A stretch of 64,000 bases of DNA, taken from positions 1,767 to 65,766 of the forward strand of contig CAMDGH010000002.1 in assembly GCA_945897755.1 (NCBI GenBank), given 5' to 3'. The DNA comes from Chryseobacterium gleum. Its GTDB lineage: Bacteria; Bacteroidota; Bacteroidia; Flavobacteriales_D; Crocinitomicaceae. Every line of letters begins with the position of its first letter. Positions within the stretch are counted from its first letter, which is position 1. A model generated the notes under the pieces. It was not told where the DNA came from and ran no database searches. It saw only the letters and a program-made list of their open reading frames with translations. This document shows positions 58,210 through 64,000 of this stretch, piece after piece. The position numbers were made by a program, and so were the translations under genes.

Positions 58210-58872
58210 ATGGAAACCACAATCATAATTACGGCTGGAGGCATAGGAAAAAGAATGGGGGGAGATTTACCTAAACAATTCATTCTTGTCGGTAATAAAC
58301 CACTTTTGTTTCATACCATTGATCGTTTTTATGAATTTGATTCATCTGCTCAAATTTTACTGACGCTTCCAATTGAATGGATTCCGTTTTGGGAAAAGCT
58401 CTGTGAAAAATATCAGTATTCGATACCTCATACGATCATTAAAGGTGGAATTGAACGATATCATTCAGTTAAAAATGCACTTGATTATGCTGAAGGCGAT
58501 TACATCGCTATTCATGACGCAGTTCGACCTTTTGTTTCAACAGAAACGATAAAGAAATGCATCAGTTCTGCTTTTCTTAATGGCTCTGCTGTCCCAGTAA
58601 TTTTTTCAAATGATTCGATGAGAATGGTAAATAGGGATGGCAGTTCTTGTGTTGTCGATAGAGCTTCTTTTAGACTAATCCAAACCCCTCAGGTGTTCGA
58701 AAAAAGAATTCTTCAAACAGCATATCAATTAGAGTTTCATGCTGGTATTACTGATGATGCTTCATTAGTAGAAGAAGCCGGATTTACAATACATTTGGTA
58801 GAAGGAAATTGTGAGAATATAAAAATTACAACACCCTCAGATTTATTATATGCGAATTTTTTAATGAAATAG
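58210..58872 (+). CDS. ispD: 2-C-methyl-D-erythritol 4-phosphate cytidylyltransferase
   Basis: 220 aa with the IIITAGGIGKRMGGDLPKQF N-terminal motif, plus HDAVRPF and IKIT.P.DL motifs. Confidence 0.92.
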   Translation: METTIIITAGGIGKRMGGDLPKQFILVGNKPLLFHTIDRFYEFDSSAQILLTLPIEWIPFWEKLCEKYQYSIPHTIIKGGIERYHSVKNALDYAEGDYIAIHDAVRPFVSTETIKKCISSAFLNGSAVPVIFSNDSMRMVNRDGSSCVVDRASFRLIQTPQVFEKRILQTAYQLEFHAGITDDASLVEEAGFTIHLVEGNCENIKITTPSDLLYANFLMK

Positions 58873-58963
58873 ATGATGCTATTGATTAATATCGCTTAAT
58901 CTACCAATGAATATCCAATTATAAAAAATGTAAATTCATACTAAATTTAAGTATCTTTAAGAT

Positions 58964-59506
58964 ATGAAATATCTGCTAAATAGTTGTTTACTTCTCCTTC
59001 TTGTTTCTTGTCATGATATGGCGAAAAAAGAGCAACTTTCTGTCTTGTCTAAAGAATTACAAAAAGTGATGTCAATTCAACAGTCTTTTGAGGATTTAAA
59101 AAAAGATACGATATCGGAAATCATTTACCGCATGGAGGAAACAAAGAAAAATGTCAAAAACGGAATAATAAATGATACGATAGACCTATATTTAGCAACT
59201 AAGCTTGATGACTATAATGCAATTTATAACGAGTTTAGAAATATTGAAGCTCAAGATGAAACGATTATTTTTGGTTCACAAAAATTGAGGAACAGTATTG
59301 AAGCCCTTATCCTTGATATTAATAATGGGAGTGGGAATAGAAATGAGTATTCAAAGTTTATGGAGCATGAAAAAACAAAAGTACTTAGCTTGTCAGAAGT
59401 GTTAAGGACTGTATCATTAAAACAACGTCAGAATTTAAATTTGTATTTTAAAATAAATAGACATATTGAATATTTGGGTGATTCACTAGCTGAAATTAAA
59501 CTTTAA
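58964..59506 (+). CDS. hypothetical lipoprotein
   Basis: 180 aa with lipoprotein signal (LLLLVSC) and helical, charged composition. Confidence 0.55.
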   Translation: MKYLLNSCLLLLLVSCHDMAKKEQLSVLSKELQKVMSIQQSFEDLKKDTISEIIYRMEETKKNVKNGIINDTIDLYLATKLDDYNAIYNEFRNIEAQDETIIFGSQKLRNSIEALILDINNGSGNRNEYSKFMEHEKTKVLSLSEVLRTVSLKQRQNLNLYFKINRHIEYLGDSLAEIKL

Positions 59507-59509
59507 AGT

Positions 59510-61348
59510 ATGCGTTATTTTCTTCTGGTTCTGGTTTTCTTCTGCTATTTTGATTCTTTTTCTCAATTAAATTCAGATCATCAGTTAGCAGAATATTATT
59601 TTTTGAATAATGAATTCTCAAAAGCACTTCCTTACTGTGAAAAAATCTTTCTTAAAGAAAATAATAAATTCACTTTTTTACAATATTACCGTTGTTTAAC
59701 AGAAACAAAAAATTTAAAACTTGCTGAAAAGTTACTGAAAAAACAAATTTCGAATGAAGCGGAATCAGAAGTTGAATATTCACTATTGTTAGCTGATTTT
59801 TATATAGTTAATGAGCGAATAAAGGAATCAGAAAAAATTCATCAGGACTTAATAAAAAATCACACAAATTCGCTAGAAGAGATCAATGAATTGTTCAATT
59901 TATTTTTACTAAAAGAAAAATTTGATTTAGCACTTCAGGTATTAACGGATGGTAGAAAAAAGTTTCATAATAAAATCTCATTAGGGATGCAATTTGCTCA
60001 ATATTATTCGAAAATAGGGGACAAAAAACAAATGATTGATGAACTCTTTAGGTGGTTTGAGTTAGAAAATGGAGATTTAAATAAACTTGAATGGTTTCTT
60101 TCCTCAACCATTGATTTCTCAATTCCAACATCTGATGATTTAGTATTGCTTGAGGAAACACTCATTGAAAAATCACAGAAGAAAGTGAATGAATTGCCTT
60201 ACGCAGAATTAATGCTTTGGTTTTATACTCAACGTAAGTCTTATCGATTTGCTATTAAACAAGCAATTTCAATAGACAAACGATTTAATGAAAATGGGTT
60301 AAGATTATTTGATCTTGGCACTCAATTTATTCAACAAAAAGAATACAAATTCGCTAGAGAAGCATATCAATATGTTATTAATTATGGGTCAGATAACTAT
60401 TACTTCAGCATGTCTCAAGGTCTTTTTCTAAATTCATTTTATTGTGAGTTAACCGAACAAAGAAATTTTAGCCCAAAAAAGATTGATTCAGTTATTGTTT
60501 TATACAAAGAAACCTTAGCTAAATTTGGAGATTCCAAGTTTTCAATTTCAATTCAAAAAGAACTGGCTTATATACTTAGTTTTTATGGAAACCGAATCAA
60601 TGAAGGAATACAGCTATTAACTAATGCAATCAAAAACCCTAGCATTGATAATGCAATGAGTGCAGATCTTAATATGTTATTGGCTGACTTGTACGTTATG
60701 GATAATGACATTTGGGAAGCTTCGTTGATTTACATGAACCTTGAACAAAAATTTAAATATGAACCGATTGGTTTTGAAGCTAAATTTAAAAATGCACGTG
60801 TTTTTTACTATGATGGAGATTTTAAATTTGCACAAGCTCAGTTGGATGTTTTGAAAGAGTCTACCTCAAAATTAATCGCTAATGATGCATTAAGATTATC
60901 GTTGTTAATAACCGATAATTTAGGAATAGATTCTAATTATACTGCAATGTATCAATTTGCTCAAGCAGATTTATTGTTAGAACAACATAAGTTCATCGAA
61001 GCTTTTATGAAATTTGATTCTATTCAATTATTTTTCCCCATGCATGGACTTCAAGATGAAATACTTTTCAGGAAGGCTTCAGCTTTTCAATATCAAGGAA
61101 GGTGGAAAGAGGCAATTGAACTGCTAGAATCAATAATATTGAAATACAGTGACGATATTTTAGCTGACGATGCTATCTTTGAATTGGCGAAGATATACGA
61201 ATATCATTTATTTAATAAAGAGAAAGCGGCTGAGTATTATAAAAAAATAGTGATTGATTATAAAGGAAGTTTATTTTCGATTGAGGCAAGAAAAAAACTG
61301 CGTTTTTTAAGAGGTGATGTTTTAGAAGATGGCATACCATCAAATTAG
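59510..61348 (+). CDS. TPR-repeat domain protein
   Basis: 612 aa with signal peptide and multiple TPR-like helical repeats. 3-nt gap to the upstream lipoprotein gene. Confidence 0.65.
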   Translation: MRYFLLVLVFFCYFDSFSQLNSDHQLAEYYFLNNEFSKALPYCEKIFLKENNKFTFLQYYRCLTETKNLKLAEKLLKKQISNEAESEVEYSLLLADFYIVNERIKESEKIHQDLIKNHTNSLEEINELFNLFLLKEKFDLALQVLTDGRKKFHNKISLGMQFAQYYSKIGDKKQMIDELFRWFELENGDLNKLEWFLSSTIDFSIPTSDDLVLLEETLIEKSQKKVNELPYAELMLWFYTQRKSYRFAIKQAISIDKRFNENGLRLFDLGTQFIQQKEYKFAREAYQYVINYGSDNYYFSMSQGLFLNSFYCELTEQRNFSPKKIDSVIVLYKETLAKFGDSKFSISIQKELAYILSFYGNRINEGIQLLTNAIKNPSIDNAMSADLNMLLADLYVMDNDIWEASLIYMNLEQKFKYEPIGFEAKFKNARVFYYDGDFKFAQAQLDVLKESTSKLIANDALRLSLLITDNLGIDSNYTAMYQFAQADLLLEQHKFIEAFMKFDSIQLFFPMHGLQDEILFRKASAFQYQGRWKEAIELLESIILKYSDDILADDAIFELAKIYEYHLFNKEKAAEYYKKIVIDYKGSLFSIEARKKLRFLRGDVLEDGIPSN

Positions 61349-61393
61349 ATTATTATTTTCACGTATTTTTACATTAAAGAAAACCATTTATTT

Positions 61394-61648
61394 ATGAAAA
61401 AAATAGCGCTTTTCCCCCTTTTATTTCTAATCATTTCTTGTGGAAATAAAGAAGATATTTGTCCATGTATTGCTGCTGGAAAAGAATTAAATTCATTTTC
61501 AGAAAAGATGCTGACAGTACATCCAACTAAAAGTGAATTCAAAAAAATGAAACTACTCCAAAAAGTCAAGCGAGAAAAGTGTGTTTCTTTTCAAGCAATG
61601 AAAGGTGAAAAGATGTTAGTTTTAATGAATGAATGTATTGAAAATTAA
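61394..61648 (+). CDS. small hypothetical lipoprotein
   Basis: 84 aa with lipoprotein signal (LLFLIISCGNK). Preferred over the overlapping minus-strand ORF 61369-61569. Confidence 0.5.
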   Translation: MKKIALFPLLFLIISCGNKEDICPCIAAGKELNSFSEKMLTVHPTKSEFKKMKLLQKVKREKCVSFQAMKGEKMLVLMNECIEN

Positions 61649-61668
61649 TAGTTATAAAAATAAAAAAT

Positions 61669-61941
61669 ATGTCAAAAATAGACGAAAAAGACATTATGGA
61701 ATTGTCTAATGAAATAATAAATGCGATTACGCGTCTTGTCTTAGCAGAAAAACCCGGTGTTCTTTCATCAAGGGTATTTAAAAATTTAGCATCACATTCA
61801 CATTTTAATAAAATGAAAACTATGTATGCAAATCATATCATTGCTTTTGATGGGGATTACGCAAGTTCTGAAGAATTAAAATCTCTAACAGACTTGAGAT
61901 ATATATTGGTTGAATTATTTAATCAAGAAAACGAACACTAA
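61669..61941 (+). CDS. hypothetical protein
   Basis: 90 aa soluble ORF, 20 nt downstream of the previous gene. No motif recognised. Confidence 0.45.
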   Translation: MSKIDEKDIMELSNEIINAITRLVLAEKPGVLSSRVFKNLASHSHFNKMKTMYANHIIAFDGDYASSEELKSLTDLRYILVELFNQENEH

Positions 61942-61974
61942 ACAACTTAGTGTCCATATCATATATTTTTCGAA

Positions 61975-63384
61975 TTAGTATTTTTTTGTTTCGCAGATAA
62001 AATCTGTTACGGTTAAATTTGTTTTTTTAATTGCTCCGAACCCACCTTCAATTTCGGTGAAATTTCGAATTCCCCTAGCTTGCAAGATAGATGCTGCTAT
62101 CATACTTCGATATCCTCCTGCACAATGAAGAAAGAAATAAGAATCTGGATTGAGTTGGCTTATCCAATCATTAATATATGCTAAAGGTTTATTATATGCT
62201 TCGTTAAGGTGTTCAGAAGCATACTCAGTTTCTTTACGTACATCTATTACAACGTCAGTCTCTAGTGAAACTTCTTTTTCAAATGTTTCTGCATTAATTC
62301 TTCGGATATGATCTATTTCCTGCCCTGCAGATTTCCATGTCTCAAAGCCACCTGCTAAATACCCAATCACCTGATCAAAACCAACCCGACTTAATCGTGT
62401 TATTGCTTCAATTTCATGCCCAGGTTCATTTATCAATAATATAGGTTGATTCACATCACTAACCATTGCTCCTACCCATGGTGCAAAGTCACCATTTAAT
62501 CCGATATTGATTGATTTGGGTACAAATCCGTTCCAAAATAGTGCAGGGCTTCGTGTATCTAAAAGTAAAGCACCTGTTTTATCGGCTAAAGCGATGAAAT
62601 CAACAATAGAAAATGCATTCATTGCATTATTTAATATTGTAGGTTGATCAAGGTAACCGTATTTATTTAATGACACATTCATTCCAAAATAACTTGGGGG
62701 AGGTGTTAATCCATCTGTAACAGCTTCAATAAAAGCTTCTTTTGATGGTTGATTTAAGGCGTAATTCATTCTTTTTTGATTGCCTAGGGTGTCAATAGTT
62801 TCCTTCATCATGTTTTTTCCACAAGCACTTCCTGCGCCATGTGCTGGATATACTATAACTTCATCACTTAATGGAATTATTTTTTCTGTTAAACTATCAA
62901 ATAATAAACCTGCTAAGTCTTCTTGAGTTAAATCATTCGTTTTTTGAGCAAGATCAGGTCTTCCAACATCACCTAAAAAAAGAGTGTCTCCAGAAAATAA
63001 AGCCAATTCTTTGCCAGAAATATCGCTTAATAAATAACAGGTGCTTTCTAAAGTGTGCCCTGGCGTATGAATTGCTTTTATTGTTAATTCTCCAACACTA
63101 AAAACCTCATTATCCTTTGCGCTAATAAATTCAAATGATGGTTTGGCATTAGGACCAAATACGATCGGTGCTCCAGTAGCTTTACTTAAATTTAAATGAC
63201 CACTTACAAAATCGGCATGAAAATGTGTTTCAAAAATATACTTTAAACTTACGTTATCACGTTTTATTCTATCAACATATGGAGCTGTTTCTCTTAATGG
63301 ATCAATAATTACTGCTTCGCCATTGGATGTTATATAGTATGCTCCTTGTGCTAAGCAGCCGGTATAGATTTGTTCGATCGTCAT
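61975..63384 (-). CDS. MBL-fold metallo-hydrolase fused to two rhodanese domains (persulfide dioxygenase-sulfurtransferase-like)
   Basis: 469 aa. N-terminal THFHADFVSG (HxHxDH) motif, C-terminal rhodanese with active-site loop HCAGGYRS, and a middle rhodanese-like domain without an obvious catalytic Cys. Confidence 0.8.
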   Translation of the reverse strand: MTIEQIYTGCLAQGAYYITSNGEAVIIDPLRETAPYVDRIKRDNVSLKYIFETHFHADFVSGHLNLSKATGAPIVFGPNAKPSFEFISAKDNEVFSVGELTIKAIHTPGHTLESTCYLLSDISGKELALFSGDTLFLGDVGRPDLAQKTNDLTQEDLAGLLFDSLTEKIIPLSDEVIVYPAHGAGSACGKNMMKETIDTLGNQKRMNYALNQPSKEAFIEAVTDGLTPPPSYFGMNVSLNKYGYLDQPTILNNAMNAFSIVDFIALADKTGALLLDTRSPALFWNGFVPKSINIGLNGDFAPWVGAMVSDVNQPILLINEPGHEIEAITRLSRVGFDQVIGYLAGGFETWKSAGQEIDHIRRINAETFEKEVSLETDVVIDVRKETEYASEHLNEAYNKPLAYINDWISQLNPDSYFFLHCAGGYRSMIAASILQARGIRNFTEIEGGFGAIKKTNLTVTDFICETKKY

Positions 63385-63707
63385 TTTTTACAATGTTTTT
63401 GAATGTTTTTATGCAAAAATAAGCTATTTATAAATGGTTAGATATCATAAAATCGTTTTAATTTTAGAAAAGTAAATAAAGAGGTAAATCAGTTACACTA
63501 GTTTAAGAAATCATAAATAATTAAACCATATATTTAGTAGATTTGTACTATAATGTTCTATTTAAAAAACTTTTTTTAACTGGATTTAATTTAAATAACT
63601 TTATAAAATCTAGTTAAAAGATGGTTATAAGGGGCTTGAAAATTTCAATTTAACAACAGAATACTATTTAGTATAAAAAGCAATCAATTAATCTATTTTT
63701 TTTATCA

Positions 63708-64000
63708 ATGAATTATATCGACGTATTAATTATTTCACCGCTCATTTATTTTGCATGGAAAGGTTTCAAGCATGGTTTTATTATTGAAGTTTTTACACTT
63801 CTTGCTTTTTTTGCTGGAATATACGTTGGTATTCATTTTTCAGATTATACTGCAAATTTTTTAAAAGATTCTCTCGGATTTACATCCCACTTTGTTCCAG
63901 TTATCTCATTTACGATTACCTTTTTAGGTGTAGGAGCGATGGTGTATTTTTTAGGTAAAACAATTGAAAAGTTGATTAAAATTGCGCAATTATCAACACT
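63708..64000 (+). CDS. CvpA-family membrane protein, 3' end cut by window edge
   Basis: Not in the track. Own translation from ATG 63708: MNYIDVLIISPLIYFAWKGFKHGFIIEVFTLLAFFAGIYVGIHFS..., typical of the CvpA N-terminus. Confidence 0.65.
   Translation, partial: MNYIDVLIISPLIYFAWKGFKHGFIIEVFTLLAFFAGIYVGIHFSDYTANFLKDSLGFTSHFVPVISFTITFLGVGAMVYFLGKTIEKLIKIAQLST

Noticed and set aside
61369-61569. 66-aa minus-strand ORF overlapping the small lipoprotein gene
   Set aside because: The plus-strand ORF 61394-61648 has a clear lipoprotein signal peptide and fits the co-directional gene string, whereas the minus-strand ORF has no supporting features.
1-64000. Search for tRNA, rRNA, tmRNA, RNase P RNA and CRISPR arrays
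   Set aside because: I saw no GTTCGAATC-type T-loops in cloverleaf context, no rRNA-like conserved blocks, no GAGGAAAGTCC RNase P core, and no regularly spaced direct repeats. A proper tRNAscan-SE/Infernal run would be decisive, and small RNAs could be missed by eye.

Overview
AT-rich chromosomal segment that looks like core genome of a Bacteroidota (Flavobacteriia-like) bacterium. Support for that placement: T9SS type A and type B C-terminal sorting domains, a PorP/SprF gene, TAnnTTTG -7 promoter boxes, and a Rho with a large N-terminal insertion. About 60 tightly packed protein genes, mostly housekeeping. They include leuS, rho, prs, rplY/ctc, queA, tadA, lepA, nadK, rseP, kynA, hpt-adk-obg, icd, purQ, purD, purH, mreBCD-mrdA-rodA and ispD. 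I found no rRNA, tRNA or CRISPR array by eye. There is no convincing self-contained novel multi-gene system such as a defence island. Items worth a second look: (1) a 123-bp strongly hairpin-forming repeat with perfect 16-bp terminal inverted repeats, present twice at about 97 percent identity (5813-5935 and 10225-10347), either a MITE or a structured small RNA. (2) a decayed IS66-family transposase C-terminus inside an otherwise unexplained 740-bp gap (45416-46158). (3) a three-gene operon of secreted double-M16 peptidase, large polytopic membrane protein and lone ABC ATPase (35429-40483). (4) a T9SS type-B cargo / PorP-SprF / OmpA module (23299-26575). (5) a roughly 155-residue low-complexity Q/N/E/P/S insertion in Rho. 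All functional calls come from motif recognition in the supplied translations. No database search was possible.
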